In this document: one piece after another, positions 1-13,450 of the stretch
Layout: each line of letters opens with the position of its first letter
How positions within the stretch are numbered: position 1 is the stretch's first letter
Assembly (NCBI RefSeq): GCF_000485595.1
Contig: NW_014577069.1
Location: 347,755 to 409,361 of the forward strand
DNA: 61,607 nucleotides
Reading direction: 5' to 3'
DNA from: Priapulus caudatus
Lineage: Eukaryota
Notes under the pieces: generated by a model
The model's database searches: none
Told to the model about the DNA's origin: nothing
The model's input: the letters and a program-made list of their open reading frames with translations, nothing else
Made by a program: the position numbers and the translations under genes

Positions 1-776
1 GGAGAGAGAGAGAGAGAGAGATAGGGAGAGAGAGAGACAGATTGACAGATAAGACAGATAAGTCGTTGTACAGTCTACATTAGTGCTGCGAAACACTAAA
101 CCGGCAAGAGTTAAATACCCCGCCTTACAGATTAAGCTAAGCATTAGGCAGAAATTGTCAGCAGGAGCGTCCCCCTGTTATATAATCATGCGGGCATCAT
201 CGCCAGGGGGCAGGTTGGTTCGACCGCAAGTGACGTAATAATGAAAGTAACTAATTTCGATGGCGAAATCCCGAATGAAATATTCGTGTGATCGATTCTT
301 GTCGCACGCTTCGCGCAGCGAATGCCACAGTCGTGTTTGTACCCTCGGTCTTTTTTTTATGTGAAGGAAACCCAGCGAACCCGCCGGTGCACTTCGCAAT
401 TTTCGAAAAGTCGATCGAATTTCGTCGATTTCGTAAAGAATTTGGGGCGATTATTGAGCGGTTGATAGGACTGCAGCGGCGTCTCCTCTTCTTTGATGTG
501 TCGGTCATGCTCTGTAGCGTGAGTCTGGCTTTCCCCGCAATAAATCAAGTCGCCGTGACGGACACTTGAGAGCGAGCGACACACGGTCTCACTGCGTGCT
601 GTTTTACGGGGCGCTTGTCTGGTGGGGGTTGGCGGCGGCGTTCTCTGTAAGGCTCTGAACACGCCTCGAGGCTCGGCGCTAACACACGTATAACACGTAT
701 AACACGTCGCCTGTCGTGTAGAGAGAGAGATAGAGGGGGAGGGGGAGGGGGAGAGACGCCGGTGAACGCCGCGCGC

Positions 777-779
777 ATG
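777..779 (+). CDS. Candidate first coding exon end (ATG directly followed by a GTAAGA donor) after a CpG-rich putative 5' UTR (~330-776)
   Basis: GCGCGC-ATG|GTAAGA at 777-785 in a CpG-rich stretch. Phase 0 is compatible with the 32794 and 36426 acceptors. No transcript evidence. Confidence 0.25.
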
Positions 780-1148
780 GTAAGAAACTCGTCGTGGAGT
801 CCGCGCGCGCGTGCGCGTGCGTGCGTGCGTGCGTGCGTGCGTGCATGCGTGTGTGTGGCGACGAGGCGTCGTGTCAAGTCGTCATTTCGTTACGACGCCA
901 TTACAGAGAGTTCGTCGACGGAAATTTTTTTAATCGGTTAAAACTCGTATAACTTTATACTTTGTACTTTATTACTTCTCTACTACTTTCTTACTACTCA
1001 CTCACTCTCTCTCTGTTTTCCCCTTCCTTTTCCTCTTTTCCCCTCTCTCTGTGATCTCGACTCTCGACTCGCCTCGCACGTACGCTGTTTCGTGAGTCGC
1101 TGTCTATTCCGCCTGTCCATGCGTGCGCTCGCGGTGGAGTATTATTTC

Positions 1149-1244
1149 ATTACTTTTACGTCATTAATGATGGTTTATTTATGGCTAAAAGTTTAGGTCC
1201 CAACTCTGAGCGAGAGAGAGAGAGAGATGGAGAGAGAGAGAGAG

Positions 1245-1306
<62 letters not shown>

Positions 1307-1382
1307 NNNNNNNNNNATTACTTTTACGTCATTAATGATGGTTTATTTATGTATAAAAGTTTAGGTCCCATCTCTGCGCGAG

Positions 1383-1416
<34 letters not shown>

Positions 1417-1430
1417 TGAGAGAGAGTTGA
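1149..1430. repeat. (GA)n microsatellite with a gap-flanking duplicated segment
   Basis: ATTACTTTTACGTCATTAATGATGGTTTATTTATG...AAAAGTTTAGGTCC occurs at ~1149 and again at 1317, immediately after the N-gap at 1307-1316. Confidence 0.85.
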
Positions 1431-2300
1431 ATAAGCAGATCTTGTATAGAGGGGTGTTCGGGAAGATTAAAAAATATTATTATGCGGTGATCGAAGCACG
1501 GGGGGAATTAAAGGTTGTTAATTAATTTCGTTTAATCAGGTGATGAATAAAAGGGGCAGTCGCACAACGAGTCGATGGGACTTCGCGGGAAAATTCTTAA
1601 TTAAATGTAAATGTAATCGTATTATATATCGGGACAATTAGTCCTCGATTTGCTGGCAAGTTTGTGAAAAACATGGGTGGGGTGTGCAATGTTAGCTTTT
1701 TAACTAGAGCAGAACCTTGTGCTGGGTATGGGTTAAGTGCGGCGTAAAGAGACGAGAGTAAGACTGTACAGCTTTGTCATCGTCGCACAGAGCACGGTCT
1801 GTGACAAGTACCGGTGTCTTTGATCGTCTCTTTATACACCGTCCGCGCACAGACTGACCGATTACTGGTAAGCAAGCTGGTATCTTTGCGCTCGCGCCTA
1901 CGCGGACATGCGTGGCTAAAGGTAATATTTACCGAGCTGGCCATACACCTGGTGGATGAAGGTCGTACAACAGAGAGAGATAAATCTCTCGCCACAAAAG
2001 CAGCCGCCAGTGGCTCAGTCGGTTGGTTCAGTCTAGCGGTGTGTCTTAAAGCTGATCAACAACGCTGGCCAGCAAACAGTGGATGCATTATGTAGATTTC
2101 GAACCCGGTAATTACGAATGCTGATGAGCCAGGATCGCGGATTTGGATAGACCTCTTCTGGGTATGGAGGGAGGGAAGAAGGGTCGTCGCTGTAGACGAT
2201 GAGTGTCAGCTTGCTGCTGCTGGCAGGGAGGGCGTAGTGTCTGAGGGACAGATGCGAGGGCGTTGCCTTCTATAGCTGCATAACCGCTGGAATGGTACTA

Positions 2301-2376
2301 CTAGCTCTAGAACTATAGCCCTTCGCTCCGCCGCAGGCGCCTGTGGCGGAGCGAAGGGCTATAGTTCTAAAGCTAG
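2301..2376. mobile_element. ~70-bp palindromic micro-MITE, TA-flanked (family copy 1)
   Basis: TAGCTCTAGAACTATAGCCCTTCGCTCCGCC...GGCGGAGCGAAGGGCTATAGTTCTAAAGCTA is a near-perfect hairpin. Related copies at 30944 and 40279. Confidence 0.75.
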
Positions 2377-2849
2377 GACGGTACATGTATAGTGTGTTCA
2401 CTGTATTGATGACATGTGGGAGGGCGCAGTGCATTTGTGACTTTGTGAGAATTTATGGTGTATCGATAACTTGTAGAAGCGTTTAGTGTGTAGACGACTT
2501 GTGGGAGGCTGCAATGTGTAGGTGACATGTGGGACACGGCGGAAATGTGTAAGCGTCTGGTAGTGGCTGTACAGTGCCTAATGGACTGTTGGCAGGGCAT
2601 AATGTGTGCGACATTGGTTAGTGCTTTTTCACTGCGTTTAGAATTGCACGTCGTCACTGCCCACTCAGACGGGAAAGTATACCGCACCTAAACTGTGACA
2701 GTAATCCTGCTACATACTCATGCAGTGACCAGCATGTTGAGGATTTCCACACTAATGTTATACGCCTTAATGTGGGTAGCCCACATGTCTGATGGGGTGG
2801 GGGCTGCCCAAGGTAAAACTGAGGGCTGCCCAGGGTAAAACTGAGGGCT

Positions 2850-5749
2850 GCCCAAGGTAAAGCCGAACAGTAGTTCGATAAGCTACCAGTAACAAAGGCC
2901 TGGATACCTCAATTATCACCCAGTAATCAGATGCAGGCGCATGTGATGCGCCACTAATTGACCAGAAGTGTAGAGTCCTAGTAAAGTGACGAGACATGAT
3001 CAGCGAATCCGCTTGCTGTACCGTGGCCCCCGTGATGTGAATGGCCTTCGTCGCAGGCAGCTAATAAACTTCTACCCGACTCCCTGCCTGCCTTGAGATT
3101 GCCGTACAATAATCCGCATTAGTTTCGTTAGCTGCGCAAAATGCTCTGTCAGATAGTTTAAGGTCAACTATATAGACTGTCTCTGTGAGCACAGTGCGTG
3201 CGTGTTGCTGCCTCTTTGACAATGTGTGGTGTTGCTGCTCTTGTGCAGCACATATGTGTTGTGTTGTATAGACTGCAGTATTGCCTGAGAACAGTATGTA
3301 ATTTACGAGTTGAATACTTCGATACTAGTGTGCTGCTGCCTGGGTGCTGTGGTTGTGTCGGTGTGCGTGTGCGTGCTGCGTGCTGAGGCTGCGTGTGGCG
3401 TGTGCGCTGCGCGTGCCGTGCGCGCTGCGCGTGCGTGTTGTGTGTAATGTGTGTGGGGTGTGTGCAACGAGAGTGCGTGCGTGCGGTGCGTGCGTGGCGC
3501 TGCGCTTGGTACGTGTAATTTGCTCATTTAATGATACACAGACTTCATACACAGACTTGATACAGCCAGACTGCTTCTGCCTTTTCCGGAGGAGTGTTTT
3601 GCCGCCACTCTGTGCGCGATGTGACCCATCGTACCGTACCGTAACTCCCAGGAAAACAGGAGCGATACTCTCACCTTGTCACCCGGAAAAAATAGCAAAA
3701 AATCCCATTTAGAAAGCCTTACTTCCGTTCATCGTCATCGCGTCAATGCGGAAAGCATATACCCGTTGCGTACACCGCCTCCGGCATTTCTGCTCCTCTA
3801 CGCTCACCGTAAACAGTTCAGCAATGTGGTGTGGTGCGCTTTATAAATAGAAGAATGCAAACCCGCTCATATTGTTATTTATTTATCAGCTTTGTGTTTG
3901 CAACATTTTAGCCTCACTTAGACAATTCGCCTCAAGATGAAAGCTACTTGCTATCGGTCGTCGTGCCGTTGTACGTCCGTCCGTCCGTCCGTCCGTCCGT
4001 CCAACATTCTGGCTCAGTCATACGATTAACTCCAGGAACCGTTTGACCCACATGTGGTGAAATCGGGTTATTAGGCTTGTACTGCTATTTGCTCCCATAT
4101 TGAACGTCCTATTGTGGAGCACGCCAGTCGACGTACTTTCGCAGCCACGGCAATGCTTTTGGCAAAAAGGGCGAATTGCCAGTTAGGTCAGTTTTCAGGT
4201 CTTCAAACGGATTTTGCTCGTTTTGTATGTGAATAATAACGGCCTAGGTTTTCAATATTTAAAAAAGAATTTATAGAAAATTAGGTTAGTGTTTTGGAAA
4301 TATAGGCACATTATATAGAACACGCCCCAGATAAACAAACACGTCTGTGTGGTCACACTCGGTCTGGTTCGTTTTAGGCGGTGCAAGATTTCATTGACAA
4401 TGATCTTTAATGCAAAAATTGCTATTCTCCAGCCCTGCACGATAAAACTCCATTAGCCAGTAAAGCTTTTACCACTACAAAACATGCCATGTCGAACGCA
4501 GCAAATATATTTATTTCGAGAACGCCATCGCTAAGAAACATCAAAGCGTATAGCGCCATCTACCGTCACAAATTGCTGATCATTATGGCTTGATAAATTA
4601 TTATATGCGATATACAGCATGCTAACCGTGCCTATGCCGCCCTAGAAACATCACACGAAGTAAACACTTTTCATGCAACAATTAACCATGAGGAAACACC
4701 ATCTGTCACGTGGTATATAGCAGCTACATGCGAATCAGCGTATCCTCTCAATCTTACACGTTCCACATATCCGAAAGCTCCGCTTTAGCAGTGCCTAAAT
4801 CTGAATATCTATAAAAACGTAAATTCGCGCATCATTTAGGTGAACCGCCATCACCGCCCAGCATCTCAGACTTTCACATTTTCGAACATTTATTTCACAT
4901 AAAAAAATACACATAATTATCAAAGAGTATATAATGGCGCAGTTCTCCACATATATACTCTTCCGTGTCTATTAATGTACGTCATGATTGCCCTCAATTA
5001 AAACTTTTCTCGCTCACTCATTTGTAGTCCTTTTTTGGGTGAGCTACAGTTGCTCATTGACACGTCATTTGTATTAACTTTATAATGTAACCATCTTCTA
5101 AAAAGTTAGCGTTGTAAAACACTCGTTACAATTTTACTGCTGTTCAACAAGATTTTACATTAATAAACTGGCATCTGCAGGCAGAAAGAGACTAAAGTAT
5201 ACCTAGATTGATATTACTAACGCGGCCAAAACTATGCTGCATCAGTGACGCAAGTGTGCTCATCAGGCTCGCCGCGCCATGCTCTCGCTGCGCATGAATG
5301 TTGGTACGCGTCGCCGCTGTTTCTTTCAGCGTCATTGTTTTTTTAAACTAAATCGTTAGCTGTGCAAATATTCTGGCTTGCCCGATAGTATTAGCTGTCG
5401 TGCCGTTTGTTTGACACACCAGAGTCAGGACTCCTGCTGTATGCCTCTGCTAATTAAACAACCCTCTGAGAAACAGACCAAGAGCGCTAAGATCTCCCCA
5501 TTCACTCTGCCATAATTCTATTTGTACTGCTACGCGTAGATGAGATACACTGCGACTTTTGTTGTGTGTGTGTGTGTACGTGTGCTTTGTGTGTGCTGTC
5601 TGTGTGTTGTGTTTGTGTGTGGTTTGGTTGTCTTGTGTGTGTGTTCGCTGCGTGCCGTGCGCGCCGTGCGTGCCGTGCGTGCGTGCGTGCCGTGCGGGTG
5701 CGTGCGCGCCGCGCGGCACTCTTGTGGATCTGGCGTGTGCGCCACCCGT
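2850..5749 (+). repeat. Duplicated block A, copy 1 (copy 2 at ~14770-17605)
   Basis: Colinear with ~14770-17605. 4521-5749 reads identical to 16377-17605 (offset 11856; ORFs 5450..5719 and 17306..17575 are identical). The 5' part differs by many 1-bp indels. Confidence 0.92.
3905..4250 (+). mobile_element. Possible Helentron-associated/Pearl-like non-autonomous element, 5' part (also at ~15770-16110)
   Basis: TTTTAGC(C)TCACTT...TGA(A)AGCTA short inverted motif followed by a (GTCC)n tract and a core, the layout of HINE/DINE-1/Pearl-type elements. 3' end not resolved and the sequence is noisy. Confidence 0.4.
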
Positions 5750-5851
5750 NNNNNNNNNNNNNNNNNNNNNNNNNCTACCGTTATATATGTAGGGTTTATA
5801 TCAAATTTCAATGTGGTATGCTTATGCTATAAACCTATAATATATATATAT

Positions 5852-5893
<42 letters not shown>

Positions 5894-5894
<1 letters not shown>

Positions 5895-6112
5895 CGCGAT
5901 GCGGGGGCGCCAGGAGCAGGCGGGAGTGGTGAGAGGGAGAGCAGGGAGAGATGGAGCAGAGGGCGGAAAGATGAGAAAGAATAGAGAGCAGAGGGGGGGA
6001 GCACTCACACCACCACTGAGTTACATTAGCGACGCAACTTCCACTCGCCAGCTCGCCCTCTTACTCGTAATCGATCTCTCACACGTACGCACGCACGCAC
6101 GCACGGCACGCA
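5894..6112 (-). repeat. Inverted copy of the start of block B
   Basis: Reverse complement of ~10738-10925 and ~6715-6910, e.g. GCGACGCAACTTCCACTCGCCAGCTCGCCCTCTTACTCGTAATCG. Confidence 0.85.
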
Positions 6113-6714
6113 CTTGCTAGAGTAATACATAAGTTTCTCTGAACAACATATATTATATAATATATACCTACTGTTGTTCAGACAAACTTATCACACTGTT
6201 GATGCTATAGTGCACGCATGTAATCTCATTTCATTGAGCGTGCCAACGCAAATGTCGGTAAGCCGCCAAACAAGCGTGTTTGTTATAACTTATAGGCGGT
6301 TTATTTCCCGGTTGCATGCCGTATAGTAGTGTAGCTATGCGTATATGTAGGAGAACATTTCGCGTGGCAACACCGCCCCCTCCCCAGCGTTAAGCGGCAC
6401 ATCGGATACACAGAGAGCAATTAGATCAAACTAACGAGTATCGAACCACACGTACACGCGTCTAGTACATGCACTTGGGTACATACAGCCTATCCCTAGG
6501 CCAGTGGGCCGTTCATTATGGCCTACACGCAAATTATGCGATGCGTCTTATCGAGTGGTGTTGTGATGCCGCCACGTGTGTGTGTGGTGTGGCTGTGTGT
6601 GTGGGGTGTGTGTGTGTGTGGCTGTTGTGCCGCCTGTGTGTGCGGTGGTGTTGTTGTGTTGTGTGTCGTGTGTGTGTTGTGTGTGTGTGCGCCGCGTGCG
6701 TTGCAGTGCGTGCG

Positions 6715-7055
6715 CGTGCGTGCGCTATGCGCTGTGGAGAGACGATTACGAAGTAAGAGGCGACGCGGATGGCGCAGTGTAAGTTGCGTCGCCCTATGTA
6801 CTTAGTGTGTGTGTGGTCTCCCCCTCTCTCTCTCTTCTTTCTCTCTTCCCCTCTCTCCATCTCTCTCTCTCCCTCTCACCACTCCCCCTTTGCGCCCCCG
6901 CATGCCGTCGCTATGTTACTTGTGGTGGTGTGCGCTGAACTGTTGCGTCTCTCTCTTTCTCCCTCGTCTCTCCCCCTCTCTCGTCTCTTTCTCTCTCCAC
7001 TCCCCCTCTCTGCTCCCCCGCATGCGTCGCTATGTACTTGTGGTGGTGTGGCTCT

Positions 7056-7091
<36 letters not shown>

Positions 7092-9532
7092 CTTCTCTTT
7101 CTCCCCTCTCTCTCTCCCTTCTCATTCTATACTTTTCCCCTCTCTCCCCCTCTCCCCCTCTCTCTATCCACTACGCTACCTCTCCTGCGCGCTCGCATGC
7201 TGTTCTTGCCAGGATGTGGCATTCACCACCTCTCCTCGATTGGTTTCCTGTGTGCACGCGCTTATTGCACGATGCCGCGCGAGGAGAAAGTGCATCCGCT
7301 AAAAACATGGCTTCCCCCGTGCGGACGTGGCCGCCGCAGGTTTTATTTACTAAGATGTGCATGATGGATGCTTCTTAAGGAGCACCTAACTTCTACGCTG
7401 AGCTATTTGTGCATCCACGGTCGCCTCTTTCCTGTGTTAACACTCGCAGAATTTTGTCGGTGAATGACTCTCGAACTGCGGGGTTTCATCTATAGCCGCA
7501 TGAGCCGGTTCCGCGATCTAAATATTTAATCACGTAATATTTAATGTTTAGTTGTCGCGACGTTTTTTCGGTTTGCGCTAATTGATTCGGGATTTATGTT
7601 TGTTTGACAAATGTGCCCATTTATATGTAGGATTAAAATTGATCGTCCAATCATGCTGCCCATAATGTCGAAGAATGCGAGTCGGCAAAAACAACGCTTT
7701 TGACCTCAATTTACATTGCCGTCTGTCCGAATGATGAATAATTTTCATAGACATCCACGCCGCGTGACTTGACACATGAAAAAGCATTGTGTTGCAGGCT
7801 TGCCAGCACCACCTGCTGGTCGTGTCAAGTTTGACATTTGTGTGACCGGGTGCTCTTACCCCATGTCAGTGTGCGTTTAATGCGCTTTTTAGGTTTTGCA
7901 CACACATTAGTGGCTACCGCGTGTTAGAAGCCATTAAACTGTATTCTTTAATGCGCGGAATGTACTGCTGCATAATGTCGATTCTTCATTATTCGCTGCA
8001 TGAATTCACCCATCTTGCTTCGATTTCAGTAGCCAGATGACACTGCGTCAATGTCACCCATTATTCGTATGGTGTAAGTGAAGCCATTGTCAAATAATTC
8101 GACCAATATCACAGATAAACACGAGATTAACATTAAATGATGTTATATTGTTGTTTACCCGTTAAAACCGGCGCAGTTAGGAAAAATAGGGATTTCCGCT
8201 AGCCTTACAATGAATAACACTGGACAAAGCGATCATTACAGAATAACACTTTCTTCTCATCTATTTCCGCCTGCCAAATCCTTCTCCAGATATCGCAAAT
8301 AATGCTAATTTCTTATCGATCTACCATGGGTATGCCCATTAGGAAAAACATTGCCTAATAGCGCCACCTGCTGCGTGAGCTACTGTGCCATCTAGGTCTG
8401 CTATGATGGATCCCTAGTCGATATCTGGCTGGCTACCCCTTCCCCCATTTTGGGCCAAACAAGTCAGCATTTGATCAGCTGTCACTAAGTGACGCTTCTT
8501 GGCTTATAGAATGCCAGTTAGTTCCGGTTGGTGTCGCCACATAAACGCCAGCGACACAGCACGAGATGTTCGCCGCCATGGGGGACGCGTGTTATCACGA
8601 GGGACATTACTTGGATCAACACTACCGAAACGCACGAGTTATTTTCATACCTACCGGCAGAAGAAACGACACGATTGTGATGCGCAGAACTTTGATGAAT
8701 AAGCCGCTTATACTGGCATACGATCCAGTAAAAATTATTGAATTGATTGACTAACTAGTAGTATATATGATGCACGTCTCCGGATGTGCCGAGTATTAGG
8801 CAGAAAGGGTGCATTCTAACTGCGTGGCAGACTTGCTAAGGAATCCAGCGAACCATTTATAGTCGCATCAATTCCTTGTAAAAATATCTGTTACAGTACA
8901 AAAAACTGAGATGTAATGTCCCTACTAGCGCAGTCTTAGTCATCATGTCCAGGGGTACTGCACTTGTACTAGTCATGTATGTTGTCAAGAAGCTGCTCTG
9001 ATGTCCACATAACAAACACAGCGTGTAATTCATGCGTTCACTACGTGTAATTACATGTAATATTGGAAGCTATTCATGCTAGAGCGAGCCCTAGGCCACA
9101 GAGAGTATATGTGCCGCAAACATCATGTGCATAAGGTCCAGCGCTGAGAGACGCAGGGAGGGGAGAGGGAGAGGTTAGTAATCTCTTCATCTTTCAACAG
9201 CGGTCCTCTGAAGTGTTTACTTTCACGATGTTGCGCAAGGTCCAACGTCAAGCAAGCATTGGCCATTATTCTATGCGCGGTAGACGCTGGTCCAGGAATG
9301 ACCTGCGTTGGCTCGAGCCAATGACCGCTGGCTAGCTAGCAGTCAAGGTGTTATAAGCTGGCCAGTACTTTACAGTGGGAGATGTAAAGGTTCACAACCT
9401 CGGGCCCGAAGAGCTTTGTGTCTATCCGTTGTAAGAACGACTGGCGCGGGGGACGTGTGTGTAATTACCGTGTTGTCGACGGCCGAGCGCCCCCTCTTGG
9501 GACTATCCGTCTTACCTACAATCGGCCGTGAC
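6715..9532 (+). repeat. Duplicated block B, copy 1 (copy 2 at ~10735-13349)
   Basis: Colinear along its full length with indel-dominated differences. Both copies end at CTACAATCGGCCGTGACG. Confidence 0.92.
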
Positions 9533-9539
9533 GCGTGTG

Positions 9540-10718
9540 TGTGCGCGTGGGTGCGCGTGCGCGTGCGTGCGCGCTTGTGGGTGTGTGTGTGTGCGCGCGC
9601 TCGTGTGTGGGTGTGTGTGCTGACCCTTATTTGCTTTAGTTTTTAATCCATCTTGCCATCTTATTGGCTGTAAGGTTGTTACGTGGTCGCAGGACTGGAT
9701 GTGCGCGGCCACATGTGTCAGCGCTGTGTTTGCGTAGGAAAGATAAAAGCCTTCCCCTCCAAGTGTCTGTGTTTATGGCCTCTGCTGGACACCAGTCTTT
9801 GTGCTTCTTATCTTGGACCGCATCGTGTCGTTGCGTTTGCTGAGGCCTGATTGCCCAAATCCTGATTTTCTTGGCGTAGCCGAATGATTTTCCCCCAATG
9901 CAACCTAATTAAATTTTTTCACACACTCATTACATATGGTGCTGCATGGAGTGTAATTATTCGCTCACCATGGGTGTGTTGATAGAAGATCAATCAAAAT
10001 ATCCCCCGATTATTCGTCGTCTTAGAAAACGGTACTATTCATGAAACATTAACAGGCTTTGAATCCAGTGTAAAGCCGTAGGGCGCGAATCTCGTAGCCA
10101 ATATCTGCTAAACATCGGTCTCACCCCCTGGTGTCGGAGGAAATAATGGCGCGCTGCCAGTCGGTATTGGATGTCAGGCAGATTGCGCGAGAAGAGGGCT
10201 GACGTCTCAGCAGGATGCGACTATGATACCTCCCTACATCTGCATCTAGTTGTCGCAATGATGATCGCCTTGTACACGTGTACAGCGTGTCTGTGAACGC
10301 AGCCTGGCTGAATGTTCCTCCCGGCAGGGGAGGCTGAGCAGGGAGGCAGCCTGGCTGAGGTTCTTCCCGGTGTCATTAAAATGTCCTCAGTGGCCTGTAA
10401 TCCTGGGCGACTGAACAACGATGCATGTACAGTTGGTGAACGAGGTGGCAGTCCGCCAGGACAGGGGAAAATGATAAAAGAAATTCCGGGTTGTTTGTGA
10501 TCGCGATTTCTATGTGCTTGAAGTGAATTGCATGGCTGCTATAGTTGCTAGCTGGCGCCAATAGGTGCTTGTTGAGTCTTACCACTGTGATTTGGTGGCT
10601 ACCTATAGTTAGCTAGTTTACGTAAAAATCCATTATCCAATGATCGTATTATATAGGAGCTAATGAAAACTTTTATTCACACCTAGTATATTTAAGTATA
10701 TTTATTTATAAATGTATT
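9540..10718 (+). repeat. Duplicated block C, copy 1 (copy 2 at ~17610-18845)
   Basis: Colinear, e.g. TTTTCCCCCAATGCAACCTAAT and TGATACCTCCCTACATCTGCATCTAGTTG in both. Indel-rich differences. Confidence 0.92.
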
Positions 10719-10734
10719 CGTGTGTGTGTGAGCG

Positions 10735-11055
10735 TGCGTGCGTGCGTGTGGAGAGACGATTACGAGTAAGAGGGCGAGCTGGCGAGTGGAAGTTGCGTCG
10801 CTATGTACTAGTGGTGGTGTGGTCTCCCCCCTCTCTCTCTCTCTTTCTTTCTCTCTCTCTCCCCTCTCTCCCCCTCTCTCTCTCTCCCTCTCTCCACTCC
10901 CCCTCTCTGCGCCCCCGCATGCGTCGCTATGTACTTGTGGTGGTGTGGTGACTGTGGTCTCTCTCTCTCTCTCTCTCTCTCCCCCTCTCTCTCTTTCTCT
11001 CTCCACTCCCCCTCTCTGCACCCCCGCATGCGTCGCTATGTACTTGTGGTGGTGT

Positions 11056-11097
<42 letters not shown>

Positions 11098-13368
11098 TCT
11101 CTTTCTCACTCTCTCTCCCTCTCATTCTATCTTTCCCCATCTCTCCCCTTCTCCTCCTCTCTCTATCCACTGTACCTCTCTGCGCGCTCGCATGCTGTTC
11201 TCGCCAGGATGTGGCATTCACCACCTCTCCTCGATGGTTTCCTGTGTAGCACGCTTATTGCACGATGCGCGCGAGGAGAAAGTGATCCGAAAAACATGGC
11301 TTCCCCCGTGCGACGTGGCCGCCGCCAGGTTTTATTACTAAGATGTGATGATGGATGGCTTCTTAAGGAGCACCTACTTCTACGCTCGAGCTAGCATCCA
11401 CGTGGCTCTTCCTCGTACCAACACTCGCAGAATTTTTGTCGGGAACGACTCTCGCTGCGGGGTTTCATCTATAGCGATGAGCCGGTTCCGCGATCTAAAT
11501 ATTTAATCACGTAATATTAATGTTAGTCGCGACGATTTTTTTCGGTTTGCGTAATTGATTTCGGGATATGTTTGTTTGACAAAGTGCCCATTTATATGTA
11601 GATTAATAATTGATCGTCCAATCATGCTGCCATAATGTCGAAGAATGGAGTCGGAAAACAACGCTTTTGACCTCAATTGAATTGCGTCTGTCCGAATGAT
11701 GAATTAATTTTCATAGACATCCACGCGTGACTTGAACACATGAAAAGCATTGTGTTGCAGGCTTGCAGCACCACCTGTGGTTGTCAAGTGACAGTTTTGT
11801 GTGACCCGGGTGCTCTACCCATGTCAGTGTGCGTTTAATGGCATTTAGGTTTGCACACACATTAGTGGTACCGGTGTTAGAAGCCCATTAAATGTTATTG
11901 CTTTTAATGCGCGGAATGTACTGTGCATAATGGATTCTTCATTATTCGTGCATGAATTCACCCATTTGCTTCATTTCAGTAGCAGATGACCACTGGTCAA
12001 TGTTCACCCATTATTCGTATGGTGTTAAGTGAAGCCATTGTCAAATAATTCACCAATATCACAGATAACACGAGATTAACATTAAATGATGTTTATGTTG
12101 TTTACGTTAAAACCGGGCGCAGTTAGGAAAATAGGGATTTCCGCTAGCCTTACAATGAATAACACTGGACAAAGCGATCATTACAGAATACACTTTCTTC
12201 TCATCTATTTCCCGCTCCAAATCCTCTCCAGATATCGCAAATAATGTAATTTCTTATCGATCTACCATGGGTATGCCATTAGGAAAAACATTGCTAATAG
12301 CGCACACTGTGCGTGAGCTACTGTGCCATCAGTCTGTATGAGGACCCCCTAGTCGATATCTGGCTGGCTACCCCTTCCCCCATTTTGGCCAACAAGTCAG
12401 ATTTGATCAGCTGTCACTAAGTGACGTTTTGCTTATAGAATGCCAGTAGTCCTTGTGTCGCACATAACGAGCGACACACAAGATGTATCGCCGCATGGGG
12501 GACGTTTATACGAGAATTATTGATAAACTACCAACGACGATTATTTTTCATTACCTACGCAGAAGAAACGACAGATTTGTGATGCGCAGAACTTTGATGA
12601 GATGCGCTTATACGTGGATAGATCAGTAAAATTATTACATTGATTGATATACTAGTAGTTTATATGATGCACGTTCGATGTCGGAGTATTAGCCAGAAAG
12701 GGTGCATTCTAACTGCGTGGCAGACTTGCTAAGGAATCCAGCGAACCATTTATAGATCAATTTCCTGTAAAAATATCTGTTACAGTACAAACTGAGATGT
12801 AATGTTACCCTACTAGCGCAGTCTTAGTCATCATGGGTACTGCACTTGCTACTAGTCATGTATGTTGTCAAGAAGCTGCTCTGATGTCCCATAACAACAC
12901 ACGTGTAATCATGGTTCACTACGTGTAATTACATGTAATAATTAAGCATTCATGTAGAGTAGCCCTGGCACAGAGAGTATATGTGCCGCAACATCATTGC
13001 ATAAGGTCCAGCGTGAGAGACCGAGGGAGGGGAGAGGGAGAGGGTTAGTAATCTCCTTCATCTTTCAACAGCGGTCCCTCTGAAGTGTTTACTTTCACCG
13101 ATGTTGCGCAAGGCCAAACGGTCAAGCAAGCATTGCATATTCATGCGCGTAGACGCTGGTCCAGTGAATGACCTGCGTGGCTCGAGCCAATGACCGCTGC
13201 TAGCTAGCAGTCAAGTGTTATAAGCTGGCCAGTACTTTCAGTGGGCGATGTAAAGGTTCACAACCTCTCCCGAGAGCTTTGTGTCTATCCCGTGTAAGAA
13301 CGTGTGTAATTACCGTGTTGTCTACGGGGCCGCTCTTGGACTATCCCTCTTCTACAATCGGCCGTGAC
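10735..13368 (+). repeat. Duplicated block B, copy 2, starting with a ~110-125-bp x3 minisatellite containing (CT)n
   Basis: GCGTCGCTATGTACT(T/A)GTGGTGGTGTGGT at ~10796, 10921 and 11030. The remainder matches 7180-9532. Confidence 0.9.
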
Positions 13369-13450
13369 GTCCGAATACGCCAGCGCGCGTGAGAGAGATT
13401 CTAAGAAGGGTGTGGATGAATATCGAACGTGTTTCGCACGCGCGTACAAC

